Part shown: positions 41,576 through 56,359 of the stretch, one piece after another
How the letters are laid out: each line of letters starts with the position of its first letter
Numbering within the stretch: position 1 is the first letter of the stretch
Assembly: GCA_964016885.1 (NCBI GenBank)
Contig: OZ024751.1
Coordinates: 34,348,001 to 34,412,000 of the forward strand
From: Eledone cirrhosa
Taxonomy: Eukaryota
DNA: 64,000 nucleotides
Direction of reading: 5' to 3'
Notes under the pieces: generated by a model
Seen by the model: the letters and a program-made list of their open reading frames with translations, nothing else
Told to the model about the DNA's origin: nothing
The model's database searches: none
Position numbers and translations under genes: made by a program

Positions 41576-42890
41576 TATCTATTTCTATCTCTCTACTTCA
41601 CCCACCCTCCCTTATCTATTTCTCTCTCTCTACTTCACTCACCCTCCCTTATCTATTTCTATCTCTCTACTTCACCCACCCTCCCTTATCTATTTCTATC
41701 TCTCTACTTCACCCACCCTCCCTTATCTATTTCTCTCTCTCTACTTCACTCACCCTCCCTTATCTATTTCTATCTCTCTACTTCACCCACCCTCCCTTAT
41801 CTATTTCTATCTCTCTACTTCACTCACCCTCCCTTATCTATTTCTCTCTCTCTACTTCACTCACCCTCCCTTATCTATTTCTCTCTCTCTACTTCACCAA
41901 CCCTCCCTTATCTATTTCTATCTCTCTACTTCACCCACCCTCCCTTATCTATTTCTATCTCTCTACTTCACTCACCCTCCCTTATCTATTTCTCTCTCTC
42001 TACTTCACCAACCCTCCCTTATCTATTTCTATCTCTCTACTTCACTCACCCTCCCTTATCTATTTCTCTCTCTCTACTTCACCAACCCTCCCTTATCTAT
42101 TTCTATCTCTCTACTTCACCAACCCTCCCTTATCTATTTCTATCTCTCTACTTCACCAACCCTCCCTTATCTATTTCTATCTCTCTACTTCACTCACCCT
42201 CCCTTATCTATTTCTCTCTCTCTACTTCACTCACCCTCCCTTATCTATTTCTATCTCTCTACTTCACCAACCCTCCCTTATCTATTTCTATCTCTCTACT
42301 TCACTCACCCTCCCTTATCTATTTCTATCTCTCTACTTCACTCACCCTCCCTTATCTATTTCTCTCTCTCTACTTCACTCACCCTCCCTTATCTATTTCT
42401 CTCTCTCTACTTCACTCACCCTCCCTTATCTATTTCTCTCTCTCTACTTCACTCACCCTCCCTTATCTATTTCTCTCTCTCTACTTCACCCACCCCCCTT
42501 ATCTATTTCTCTCTCTCTACTTCACCCACCCTCCCTTATCTATTTCTCTCTCTCTACTTCACCCACCCTCCCTTATCTATTTCTCTCTCTCTACTTCACT
42601 CACCCTCCCTTATCTATTTCTCTCTCTCTACTTCACCAACCCTCCCTTATCTATTTCTATCTCTCTACTTCACCCACCCTCCCTTATCTATTTCTATCTC
42701 TCTACTTCACTCACCCTCCCTTATCTATTTCTCTCTCTCTACTTCACTCACCCTCCCTTATCTATTTCTCTCTCTCTACTTCACCCACCCTCCCTTATCT
42801 ATTTCTCTCTCTCTACTTCACCCACCCTCCCTTATCTATTTCTCTCTCTCTACTTCACCCACTCTCTATTATCTATTTCTATCTCTCTAC
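41576..42890. repeat. 37-bp G-free minisatellite, ~35 units
   Basis: Unit TATCTATTTCT(A/C)TCTCTCTACTTCAC(CC/TC/CA)ACCCTCCCT; preceded by a related ~24-bp repeat at 41277-41450. Confidence 0.95.
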
Positions 42891-43073
42891 ATATATATAT
42901 ATACGCGTTACCTTTAGTTGTTTATATACATCACACACACTCGTGTAATTGACACGCCTACATACACACACAATCACACCCCTACAATACACATTCACCC
43001 TGAATCACACACAACTATGTACATATTCCCACGGTCAAACACTGACATACATACAGAGATACAAATATTTGGA

Positions 43074-43144
<71 letters not shown>

Positions 43145-43956
43145 ATCTATCTATCTATCTCTATCTCTCTACCTCTACCCCCCATTCTCTCTCTCTACCC
43201 CTCTTAACCCTTCTCAGCATAAAATTTAAAACACTATGCAGGCAAAATGATACATACATATATATGTGTGTGTGTTTAAGGGTGAGTGTATGTGTTTGTA
43301 GGTGATTGTGTGTGTGTGTGTATGTATTTATGCGTGTTTGTTGTTGTTGTTGCCTGTGTGTATTTTAATGTGTACCCTTGTGCGTGAATCTCTATACAAT
43401 TGCGGATACGTCTGTATACTTGCTTCACAATATGAATAAACTTAACCGGCTCTATTTTGACAACATCAAGCACTCTTTTGATGAGAAAAGAAAAACATCA
43501 TCAACGAAGTTTATGGACCTAAAAAAGATAAAAAACCTGTTGATTATCGAGGTTCAAAGTTTCAGTATTATTTAAGGATTATCAGTAATTTAAAAACTAA
43601 ACTTTCATTCCAAGAAGCATTTACGAGTATTTCTAGATTTGAGGCTTTGACATAAGAAAGATTAATTGGAGGTTAAAGGTGGAATGATTGATGGCTTCTA
43701 ATAATGCCATCATGACAAAACATCTTACCATTTAATGGGTGAGGAATATCACTGATAGCTCCCCTTCACCACATCAACATCATCATCATCATCATCATCA
43801 TTACCATCACACACCTGCCCCTCCTTCCCCATATCATTATCATCATCATTATCTCTTCTTCTCCTCCTTCTTCATCTATTTGTAGGTCTGTTAAGGAGGG
43901 TTAGAATGTTTGGCTGGAGAACGTAAGTTGGCGAGTTCAATTCGCGGGAGGTTTCA

Positions 43957-44156
43957 ATCAGCTAGATACTTTATTTCACGCCGTTCCAGTCATAGTTATA
44001 CCTGTAATTCAAAGTACCAGTCATACCACATATTGTCTCATTCTGAATCGTAATTCTCAGGGAGATTCAGAATAAGACAATATGTGGAGTGACTGGTACT
44101 TTGAATTACAGGTATAACTAGGACTGGAACGGTGTGAAATAAAGTATCTACCTGAT
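43957..44156. repeat. ~93-bp inverted duplication of a SINE-like segment
   Basis: 43957-44049 pairs with 44064-44156 with several mismatches; B-box-like GAGTTCAATTC lies just upstream. Confidence 0.85.
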
Positions 44157-44374
44157 ATAAATACATAGGGCCACAGACACAGGCATATATATATATATAT
44201 ATATTTATTTATATATATATATTCATATGTATTTATATCTATGTACACTAACGAATCAGTTTTAGACGCAGAAGCTGCAGGATGGGCCATGAAATTGAAA
44301 ATATTATATAACGTTAATTGAACTATATTCTATCTGACTTGGCTTGGAATGTATATATGTACAATCACACACCC

Positions 44375-44487
<113 letters not shown>

Positions 44488-45236
44488 TGTGTGAGTGTGT
44501 GTGTGCGTGTGTGTGTGTCTATGTTTGAGTGTTTGCACACGTATTCCTTAGGAACAATATATTATGTAAGGAAAAATAATTCTATTATAAGAGATATTGT
44601 GTGTTTTTGTTGGCTCTTGTGTCCATCGTCAAGGAGAATTTTAATGAACAGTTTTGGGTGCTATACAACAGCCAGCAGTTGTCAACTTTAGAATAAGTTG
44701 CTAGGGTAGAATTTCTTTTACTTAATTTAAACGTATATAAGCGTCACAAATACGAACAAGTGGTTATCTTTAAACAAAACCAAATACATACAAAAGTATG
44801 TTACGGCAATTTTGTCTAATATTTATTGGATGATGGATGGCGAGAGAGAAGACTTGAGGGTGAGAGAGAGAAGACGTAAGGTTGAGAGAGATGAGTTATG
44901 AGAGAGAAAGTGAAGAAGAGTGAGATAGCTAGAGAGAGATTATATGTTAAAGATATATAAAATAAAAGACAATAGCAATATATAATATGCAATCACATAG
45001 TTAGTTAGCAAGCAAACAATTAATATAATCACATTGACCAAGATGGATGGTATATGTTTTTTTAATGGTGTGTTTGTTGTCATACTTCTTATTTCAATGT
45101 GTGTTTGTATGTATGTGTGTGTGTGTGTGGTGTGTGTGGAGGGGGTTATCTGATAGGTATCTGTTTATAAGTATTTCTCTTCGTGATCAAGTGCAGGTAC
45201 TTGCGTGTATACTATATGTGCACATATATACATATA

Positions 45237-45319
<83 letters not shown>

Positions 45320-45420
45320 GTATATATATATATACATATGTATATGTGTGTGTGTATACATGTCTATATATATATGTATGTATGTATATGTATGTATATG
45401 TATGTGTGTGTGTATACATG

Positions 45421-45509
<89 letters not shown>

Positions 45510-45950
45510 TTATATGTGTGTGTGTATACATATATATATATATACACACACAAACGTGTACATAGGCAGGATATGTGAAAAGGAGAGAAATAATAGAATT
45601 GGAAAGTTAATCAAGAGAAACACTAAAGGAGTTTGAATTGAACCAAATTCCTGAAATAGATAAAAGAAAAATACATAAACAAAACAAGAATATTATCAAT
45701 AATACTAGTAATGACATTAGAAACAACTGACAAACCTAATATATAAATAAAATATATCATTGAAAATATAACGATACGACAACAGTTACTACTCTCCACG
45801 TCCAATATGGAAGACTTTAAGCGTCAATTATATTAAGGGTTTTAGGTGTGGGGTTGTTGGTTTTTTGCTTACTTGTTTAGTAAATGTGTCTTCGTTTTGG
45901 CTCCATTTCGTATTTTTACTTAAATTTTGTTCCTTTCTACAACATATATG

Positions 45951-46131
<181 letters not shown>

Positions 46132-46392
46132 CCCAATAGACACACCTACACATACATACAAAGACGTACATAGATAAACTCCAACACGCACCCACAATAG
46201 TTTCTGCTTCTGCGCATGTCATATATTTATGTTTCTTGGTTTATTTTTACATATTTTCTTATTTTATAAGATTTTATTTTAATTTCCACACTTGGAATTT
46301 CTTTGTTTTTCTCCCAATTGTTCTTGTTTTTATTATCATGTTGTATATCTCAACTCCTTCTAACCATACTTCCATATATATCTGCCAGTTAT

Positions 46393-46566
46393 TTCTTCTT
46401 CTTCTTCTTCTTCTTCTTCTTCTTCTTCTTCTTCTTCTTCTTCTTCTTCTTCTTCTTCTTCTTCTTCTTCTTCTTCTTCTTCTTCTTCTTCTTCTTCTTC
46501 TTCTTCTTCTTCTTCTTCTTCGTCGTCTTCGTCGTCGTCGTCGTCGTCGTCGTCGTCTTCTTCTTC
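46393..46566. repeat. (TTC)n/(GTC)n trinucleotide microsatellite
   Basis: Directly visible. Confidence 0.95.
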
Positions 46567-46723
46567 TATCATTATTATCATCATAGTTATTATTGTTCCT
46601 GTTCTTCTTAGTTCTGTTCTTCCTCCTTAGTCTTTCACACAACCGCCATTGTCTGGCTAATTAAATTTACACTCAGCGTTATAGATTTTGTTTCAGAAAA
46701 CTCACTGTCCTGCAGCGCATGCC

Positions 46724-46779
<56 letters not shown>

Positions 46780-46796
46780 GTGTGTATATATATATA

Positions 46797-46848
<52 letters not shown>

Positions 46849-47479
46849 CATATTCTTATATAGTATTGGTGAAATACATGTAGACATATCTAAACTCATC
46901 TGAACTTTATCAGATATACACACTAAATATATCTTTAAACATGAATTCCAGTGAAGACACCAAACCACATTCTCGTCTATCTATCTGGTTTTATTCAGAC
47001 ATATATACATCTATGAATATGCATATATGTATATATCTACACGTGTTTGCGTATACATACATACACGCTCAGACATATATATGTACATATGTACATAAAT
47101 ATTTCATGAAACTAAACCAATAATTTTATATGTTTATGCATTTATGCTTATATATATATATATAATGCATATATGTATATATGCATGTCTTCTTTCGAGA
47201 GGGTATATATATGTTTTAAGCAATATATAGATCTATATCTGGAAATATCTAAACTATATTTCATATGTAATGTAAACAGACAGTTACACATGAAATTATG
47301 AATATCTCCCAACAGAGCTATTTCCTCGCTGTTTATAGTCACATACACATATTTTTTATGTATGCATAGATTTATATATCTATATATGTGTATCTAAAAA
47401 TACATACCGGCGCGTGTCTGTATATATAATATACACCCATATACATAGGCACACACATCGACTGCATCATATCATATAC

Positions 47480-47516
<37 letters not shown>

Positions 47517-47651
47517 ATTTATATATATGCCAACACAAGGGCTAGAATGAAGGGTTCATTCTTCTGTCAGGACTATAAAAATGGGGCTTGTTTGTATAAT
47601 TGCAAACGAATTGAATGTTATTATTAATATTCTAAAAACTCAGATTATATT

Positions 47652-47687
<36 letters not shown>

Positions 47688-48146
47688 GTGTATGTCTGTT
47701 AGTGTAGAAATTCAAAACTATAATTACTTTAAATGATAATGTTTTTAGAATATCGAGCAAAATATCGTTAAGGACCTCAAACCCGAACTCTCAATGTATG
47801 TATGTATATGGTGTGTGTCTACGCATGTGTGTATATGCGTCAGACTGTGTTGAATATATCCCTCAATCACGAGGGAAATAACTCTTCAATAAGCAAGCTA
47901 TTAGTGATTTACTTCCATGTCGAAGTCAGGTCTAAAATTCTCATGAACTTCATCCACAAACGCTATTATCAAATCTTCATTAATCTTGGCAAAATACCTT
48001 AAATCCCTAAGATCTGTAAATCACGTTTACTTAAGCCCAGATTGTCACGATCCGATTGCTTAATAGCAGACGTGACTAAGCAATACGGAAAATACGGAAG
48101 GTATACTGCTTCTGAATAAAATACTTTTCACGCACACACACAAATG

Positions 48147-48277
<131 letters not shown>

Positions 48278-48379
48278 GTCGTCCCTACAGGAATGACTGC
48301 AGTAATAATTGATCTCTATAAATAGCTGATGAGATAATTGGACGAGATAACCATGAAGACGGAAAATGTGAGCAGAATC

Positions 48380-48555
48380 GCTTCCACGCATAGGCACTTC
48401 CCCGCTGTGGCACTTCCCCGCAGAGGCACTTCCCCCACATAGTCACTTCCCCGCTGTGGCACTTCCCCACAGAGGCACTTCCCCCACATAGTCACTTCTC
48501 CGTAGAGGCATTCCCCGCAGTGGCACTTCACCATAGTCGTACTTCCTACAGAGGC
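48380..48555. repeat. GC-rich 16-17-bp tandem repeat with a 49-bp higher-order unit
   Basis: Core CACTTCCCC repeated; AGAGGCACTTCCCCCACATAGTCACTT occurs at 48422 and 48471. Confidence 0.85.
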
Positions 48556-48648
48556 CTCAACAATTATAATAATCATTTACGTTGTTATGACAGCATTCCG
48601 AATCTTACAAACATTTTACACACACACACATATTATATACATTTTTAT

Positions 48649-48691
<43 letters not shown>

Positions 48692-49062
48692 GTATTAGTG
48701 TGTGTATGTTTTTCACTTAAGAATTTATTAGGATGTAAGAAGCTCAACGAACAAATCTAGAAGGGAACCTGGGACGTTCTTCTGCTAATCTCACTTAATG
48801 AATTGTCAACCTCATATAGACACCCACATATATATAGATGTAGTCACACACATACATACAGACATAGTCACCCACATACATACATAAAGGCACACAGATA
48901 CACATGCACACACGCAGAAATATACACTTAGTATCACACACATAAAAACATACATACTCATAACCAAACACAGAACACAGTGGCACATATACACAGACAT
49001 ACAAATGCACGCCCCACACACATACATACACCTCCCCCACACACAGACACATTCACAAAGAC

Positions 49063-49107
<45 letters not shown>

Positions 49108-49948
49108 CAACCCAATTACACTGACTGGAATACACATTGAATATGGCATAATTTATTATTCTATGAAGGGAAAAATTGCTTCCATTTGATGACATGCTCG
49201 AATAATCTTGCTACTTTCCTAGAGTAGATCGAAGGAGGGTATAATTATATTGATTAAGGAGATAATAATGATTGTTGTTATTTAGCCACATATCAGCTTA
49301 AAGCTAGAAGTCCTAGGGTCAGAGCCTTTCCAGTAATGATCAACTCGTCTTTTCTATATTTCAAAGTAATTCAGCTCACAATAGATTGTTCAACGAGTCT
49401 TATATTTCAAAGAATAAGTCTGTGTTATTATAAAGTTTTACTTTTCATCTCTAGAAATTAAATCCAATGGGAGACTCCGTCGCTGGTGGGGATGATCACT
49501 TGATGATAATGGAAATGGATATGATAATATTGATGTTTTAATGTTGTTATAATGAATATGATGGCAATGGTAATGATGATGATGATATTTGTTGGTGGGG
49601 TATTGACTGTTTAACCTAAGAGGGCCCCAATCCTGTATATATTTGACATGTTCCGTCATTGATCTTCTGAGTGTGCTTTGAGAAAGAAGTGACATTTATT
49701 TCCAATGACACAAACAACTAAATAGTTCCAGATACATTTGTAGATATAGGTCAGTTATACTTCATTGGTATAAGGCATTGATATAGCTCACTTATGTAAG
49801 TCACATAGGTCACAGATGTGTGTGTGTATATACACACACATACCCACACTCACACACACATATACACACACACACATATATATATATATATATCCCATAC
49901 ATACAGGCACGTATCTAGATACATTTTCACACAAAACATATACGCATG

Positions 49949-49981
<33 letters not shown>

Positions 49982-50283
49982 GTGTGTGTGTGTGTCTGTG
50001 TGTCTATATATATATATACATACAGTCACGGGCACAGACACATATTAATAGTCTACCCAATTTACGTAAGAATTATAAACCTATTAGAACTCAATGGAGT
50101 GTTCAATATCTCATCGAAGCAAATCGTAATTGTTTCTGTGGCAAAGTGGTATCTTTTGACTCACAGACGACGGAATGGATGTAGGTTTATGAAGCTAATA
50201 GTAAGGAGCTGCACAACCTTTATCGATTAGTCTACACATTGATAAGTATGTTTCATTTTATTACCCTCTGAAACGACTCTAAA

Positions 50284-50329
<46 letters not shown>

Positions 50330-50355
50330 CTGAATGCATATGTACATGTATTTAT

Positions 50356-50397
<42 letters not shown>

Positions 50398-50828
50398 CAC
50401 ACACACTCACATTCACACTCACACACACTCACACGTATGTGTGAGAGTGTGTATGAGCGTGTGTGTCCATGCCAATTCCACTTACTTTTAGTCAACCCCA
50501 GGCTATATTAGAATATATTTTGCCCTACAGCTGTGACAAAGTCTAAGGCTACGAAAGGAATCTCTTGAGAGCCATCGCCATGTAATAGAGTTCACTGCCT
50601 GTCTCTACCACTAAGCTAACTAGTTGTGAAGACGTAATTGGTCAAACTCAATTGATCTATATATAAAATAATTGTGTCGAGAGTAAGGTACTGATTACTT
50701 CTCTTGGTTGTAAACAACCATGGATTGACCAGTATATGTGTGTTTACACACAGACATATAAATATACACCCGTATATACACATACACACGCGTACACACA
50801 CATAGATATATATGTGTATATGTGTGTG

Positions 50829-50894
<66 letters not shown>

Positions 50895-51087
50895 TAAATT
50901 ATAGGTGGCGACATTTAAAAAAGGTACGCAACTTATATATATTTACCATATATCTCAAAACCCAGTCTCAAGTTACATTAAAACTAAATTTGTAAATCAT
51001 CATATATCATCCAAAAACGTTACGAAGCGTAGAAACCCATGATCGAACTTAAATATCCTCTTCAATAAAATCACATCACAATGGACC

Positions 51088-51120
<33 letters not shown>

Positions 51121-51290
51121 CGTGTGTGTGTAGAAATGTGTAGCTGAAAGATTAAAGAGAACAGTGCTCAATCTGTTGGAAGAGAGCTTATTTAGTATAA
51201 ACAGAGTTTCATACACTTAATATGTATGTGTGACCATTGGATTCGTGGTTAGGTTATGGCCACCACTGTATATTGGAGGGTCACGCTGAC

Positions 51291-51327
<37 letters not shown>

Positions 51328-51877
51328 ACTGTTATCAACCGAGGATGGATGGTAAGAGAACTTGAACAGAGTACGTAATGGGTTGTAACTAAATGTGGCG
51401 AATTTGTTCGACGCTCTGATGATACTGGTAAACTGAAAATAATAACGACTAGGATGATCACAAAACCAATGAGGTAAACGATAACAACGACCTCAACAAC
51501 AACAATACCAACGTCAGCAATGGCAACAACAATGGTAACAAAAGAGACGACGACAGCAACAACATCAACAACATTTGCGATAACTGTTTTATATTTATAT
51601 TTCTTGAATAGTTCTCATATCACACGGGGTTTAGATTATGTTAATTGTCGGGATTTTGTTGAAACTAGATTCTTATTCACAGTAAATCTTTCCTATATTC
51701 TAGTCGTTTCACATTAGTTTTATAAGATTATTTTTTTACAATGTCATATTTCTCATCTAAATTATCTTTGTAACTTACTATGTTTTCTATGTGGTAAAAC
51801 ATTTCACATCAATTACAATTCTAATCCTTGAGAGTGATAAATATTATTTAACATTTCCTCCCGTTTTCAGTGTCGTT

Positions 51878-52275
51878 CATTGGTAGAATCCTTAAAGCGT
51901 TGGACAATATGTTTTGCAGCATATGTTCCGGTTTTTTACCTTCAGAGATCAAATCCTACCGTGGACAACTGTGTCTTTCATCACCCCGGGGGTCGGTTAA
52001 ATAAAGTAACAATCAAGTATTGGTCTCTTCTTCGGCCGATTTGCTGTCTTTGTACCTACCTTTGCCATTAAGGGCGGTGGATTGGCAGAATCATTCGAGC
52101 GTCAAATAAAATGTTTTGTAGCATTTAATTACGGATCCTCACGTTCTGACTTTAGATCCAATGTCAGCTTTGTCTTCTAATCTTACAGGAACTCTAAAAT
52201 AAAATACTGATGTTGATTTAACGAACTGTGCCTTCTTCCTAAATTCCTGGCCTTATGCCTAAATTCTAAAACAAT
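51878..52275 (+). mobile_element. Two tandem degenerate tRNA-head SINEs (~51878-52060 and 52072-52275)
   Basis: Heads TTGGTAGAATC and GGGCGGTGGATTGGCAGAATC, core GTCTTTCATCACCCCGGGGGTCGGTTAAATAAAGTA, 3' CCTGGCCTTATGCCTAAA. Confidence 0.65.
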
Positions 52276-53358
52276 ATATCTGACAGACGTACAAATGTTT
52301 CATTATTATTCGGTAATTCTCTAATGTTGCAGAACCACATAGCACTATCGGCGATAGATTCTATGTTTAAATGACGGTATCAAAATTGATGAACATATGT
52401 TAAAGTGTCAGTTGTTATAGAGAAGCTCATTAGAGCACCTGATCCCTCTTTTACATTCCAGATCGTTCCATCATAAGGAAATTAAAAGTTAATCTGCCAG
52501 CAACATTCAAAAGATGCTTTAATCTCCACCTTCATTAAACTCAATTAATGCCTCTCTTCCGTTTTGATGTCGTTTAGATGGAGAGCGTAGATGTGACAAG
52601 GTACAATAGAATGTTGCCATCAAGGTATTACGATTTCTCTGAAGGGAGTACAAACGATGACTTCCTGAAATCAATAAGTGAATATTGATTTAGGTTGGGA
52701 AACTTTCATTTATCAGTCTTTCACTCAACTGTGAAACTGATACCGCGATCCTTGGCTTTTGGAAACGAAGCATAATGGAAAATTGTATTTGTGAAAGGAA
52801 AGACAATAGTTCGATCAATTCAAAGGAAATATTGATTTATTTTCCGTTTTTGCATGTGTATGCGTGTGAATTTGTGTGTGATTGTCTGTTTGTTTCTGTG
52901 TGTATGGAGGGTATTTTTATGTATGTATACGTGTGAGTACGTATGTGAGTGTGTGAGAGTATTTGTGTGTGTGTGTTGTCGTTTTTCTTGGGTTATGTTA
53001 TGAAGTGACCAGGCCACAATTTTCTGTCGGGGACGGAGGGTGATATTCTATAATATTCCTGCAATTCTCATTATCCGTATAAGATGTGAAATTGAAATAT
53101 CCGGAAAAGTAAAAGAAGTTGTTATTAATATATGGTATCACCGAATCTTTGTGTTAACCACAACTGTAAACACAATAGGATCCCAATCCAATTGTAGTTT
53201 CTTATGTTCAACGTGCAGTGGATCGTGGCACACCTCCTCGGTCCATTGCTTATGTGCTATATACATGATTGATGTGAAATCAACCATGACTGACATAGGA
53301 ATGAAAGGATACATACAAGCATTCACTATTATTGTCGGTACCAATAACGAGTCGACTG

Positions 53359-53396
<38 letters not shown>

Positions 53397-53669
53397 GTGT
53401 GTGTAAAAGAAAGGTAAACAGAAGTAACGAAACAAACGACACAGTACAATGGAAGAATTTATTAGTTTAACCTTTGAAATAATAGGAAAAGAGTCTTAAT
53501 GTTTCGGACAATAGAGAATAGAAGGAGAACTAAAAGATGAGATAGAAAGATTGAGAGGGGGAAGGGGGGGGAGGGGTCATTGAGAAAAACATACATATAT
53601 ACATATGTAAGGAATACATATATACATACATACATATATAACATATATAGGCATATGTATGTATGTATG

Positions 53670-53710
<41 letters not shown>

Positions 53711-54484
53711 TTGCTGTCAATGACACAAAGGACATAAAGTGATAAAATACGTGATTACTGTCAAGGTTTTTGTTAGTTGATATATATATATATATATATA
53801 CATACACTGAAAGCAGTAATGATAGCTGCCTAGTTAACATAAACGTTAATTAGTCTTCATAACAGAAAATACTTCTTCTACATTGATATCCAATGTTTTT
53901 TTTCGTAATAGTTTTTAGGAAATTTTTTACAAATAATCTCACAAAACCTCTTTTGTTTTCTTATATATATTTTACTACGCATTCTTTCACATCAATCGTA
54001 TGGAAGAGTACGTAATTACTGGTTGTATTGATAGTAATAGTGTATTATATGTACGCATGTATATACAATGTGTGTTTGTATATATATATATATATATATA
54101 TATAATTATTTAATACAATAACAGAGAAAGCTTTAAGCTAAACTCTGACTGGTAACCATCTCACTCAACAAACATTAGGATATACGTTAGTATAATCCCA
54201 ACTTTGTGTTTGGGGTGCTAACTATATGTATTTTGTGGAAAGTCAGTTGTATTATTTTATATGAGATATAATTAAAATTAAAATACATCTCTCTTTCCAA
54301 ACAATTGTTTCATTATAAGTTTTCTACAAGTTGGGAGAATGTTTCCAGTTTATGTAGAAGCCTAACATATTTTTCTGTAAGAATATATGTAGGTGGGCAC
54401 TTATAAATCATCAGTGGATGCCCATTAAACTTTGATATAAGAACAAATTTCTTACCGCAGTTATTTTTCGTGTCCGCTAAGTCA

Positions 54485-54603
54485 TCCTACGGCCATATCA
54501 CGCTGAAAACACCGGTTCTCGTCAGTTCACCGAAGTTAAGCAACGTCGAGCCTAGTTAGTACTTAGACGGGTGACCGCTTGGGAACCCTAGGTGGCGTAA
54601 GCG
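54485..54603 (+). rRNA. 5S rRNA: 5S rRNA gene copy, probably a pseudogene
   Basis: Full-length match to metazoan 5S (CTACGGCCATATCACGCTGAAAACACCGGTTCTCGTC...CACCGAAGTTAAGCAACG...GTTAGTACTT...GGGTGACCGCTTGGGAA...GTAAGC). Helix I has three mismatches, box C reads TAGACGGG instead of TGGATGGG, and only TTT follows. Confidence 0.9.
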
Positions 54604-54911
<308 letters not shown>

Positions 54912-55715
54912 GTATAATTATGTATGTATATGTGTGTTCGTACGTTGGTGGCTGTTACTATCAATATTCAGAAACTTAAATAAATATACCAATTCTTCCA
55001 TTTTTATTGAGAAGTTTTTTGCTTGTTTGTATGAACCTAAATAGATAGAGAGATCTCAGGGAGAGTTGTATGGCCAACTTGGAGTGGTAGAACGTAGAAT
55101 ACAAAGACATTGTTTGTTGATTGCAACGAGAATGGTTTGCGTGCATGGCTGTTTCTAATTGCGGTTGGATGCATTGGATACCCGACAGAGTCATTATGAT
55201 GTATGTTTTCTTTGATTGGAATTACAGGAAGAGCCAAGGCTGCAGTAGATTTACAGTATGGCTGAGGTAATGTGTGTTTGTTGGCTATGGATCAGATGAA
55301 AGAATATAAGCTGGAGGCCGAGAGGAGAAAATGGTCTTTAGGTCAGCAATAATGCTCAGATATAACAGGTTTTCTGCTAGTATATATATATATATATATA
55401 ATGTGTGTGTAATATGAAATACCTTGTCTATTAACCGAAAGTGCCGTCGTTTGTTATGTATCGTGGATTCATCACATGGAATTGGTAAGTTTTGAAATAT
55501 CAAAGGAATAACGATTCCACAGACACAACTTATCATCTTCAATAGTTTTTCCATACTTTTATGTTTCCTGTAAAATATAGATTGACTTAAAACGAAATAC
55601 AATTTAGCATATTTTATTCATTTTGTCTCTACCATTGTAGATAATATCCTTTCTTTCTTCCAAATTTCTCTCTTCTCTCTGTCGCTGTCCGTATATATAT
55701 ATATATATATATATA

Positions 55716-55964
55716 GAAGTGGTTACACAACAGTTAATTCACCATACCGAGAACAATTGTTTCACCTTCATTCAATGGAAAGCTATCACTAAGTCCAAGC
55801 CATACGCAAGGGGAAATCCGACGCGTGGCTTATGTATTGACGAACGAATAACTATCCTAAAGAGATTACGCAATAGTGATTGCCTAAACACGAGAAGTGA
55901 ATTTTTCACACGTTGTCCATACGTCACCAAACATCTGTTGCATAACTACAAGGCTCCGGACTGA
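55716..55964 (+). mobile_element. Penelope-like element, GIY-YIG endonuclease C-terminal fragment
   Basis: IQWKAITKSKPYARGNPTRGLCIDERITIL...LNTRSEFFTRCPYVTKHLLHNY fits the remembered PLE pattern W..I....PY......C.LC..EK..I....LN.RSE....C.H..K.LL; the C>R and H>Y changes each need one substitution; starts directly at (TA)n and is followed by a T-rich 3' region. Confidence 0.75.
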
Positions 55965-56018
55965 TTCTTTGTAATTTTATTTTTTATTTTTTTATTTTAT
56001 TTTCAACCTAAAAACTTA

Positions 56019-56271
56019 GTCTTCCTTGGTCTTCCTCTTCTAGTGTCTCCATACAGGGGCTCCCACGGGAGCACTGAGTGCAATGTCAACTCTGGATGTC
56101 TGTGAGCATGTCCAGCTAATCTCAGTCTCCTCTGTGTCACTTTTGAGCTGACTTTTGGGAGGCTCCCGTACAGCTCTGAGTTTTTCATCCTCAGTGTATA
56201 CTGATTAATGTTCAGAGCCATCCTCAGCATTCTCGTGTAGCACCCATCCACCATCTGAGTGAGTTTCTTGG
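56019..56271 (-). mobile_element. RTE-clade LINE internal fragment, second copy
   Basis: KKLTQMVDGCYTRMLRMALNI...RRLRLAGHAHRHPEL...WEP..G..RRGRPRKT; 7 mismatches in 197 bp against 29264-29460 (counted by eye). Confidence 0.85.
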
Positions 56272-56303
56272 ACCCCGATCTCAAACGAATAAACATATAT
56301 ACA

Positions 56304-56359
<56 letters not shown>

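Noticed and set aside
41151-42948. 588-aa and 495-aa ORFs
   Set aside because: A G-free 37-bp repeat cannot form TAG or TGA and has no TAA.
48325-48365. CTGATGA hammerhead core
   Set aside because: No convincing stem II or downstream GAAA.
52462-52600. Acceptor-like TTTTACATTCCAG exon candidate
   Set aside because: All three frames stop within about 80 nt and the donor is weak.
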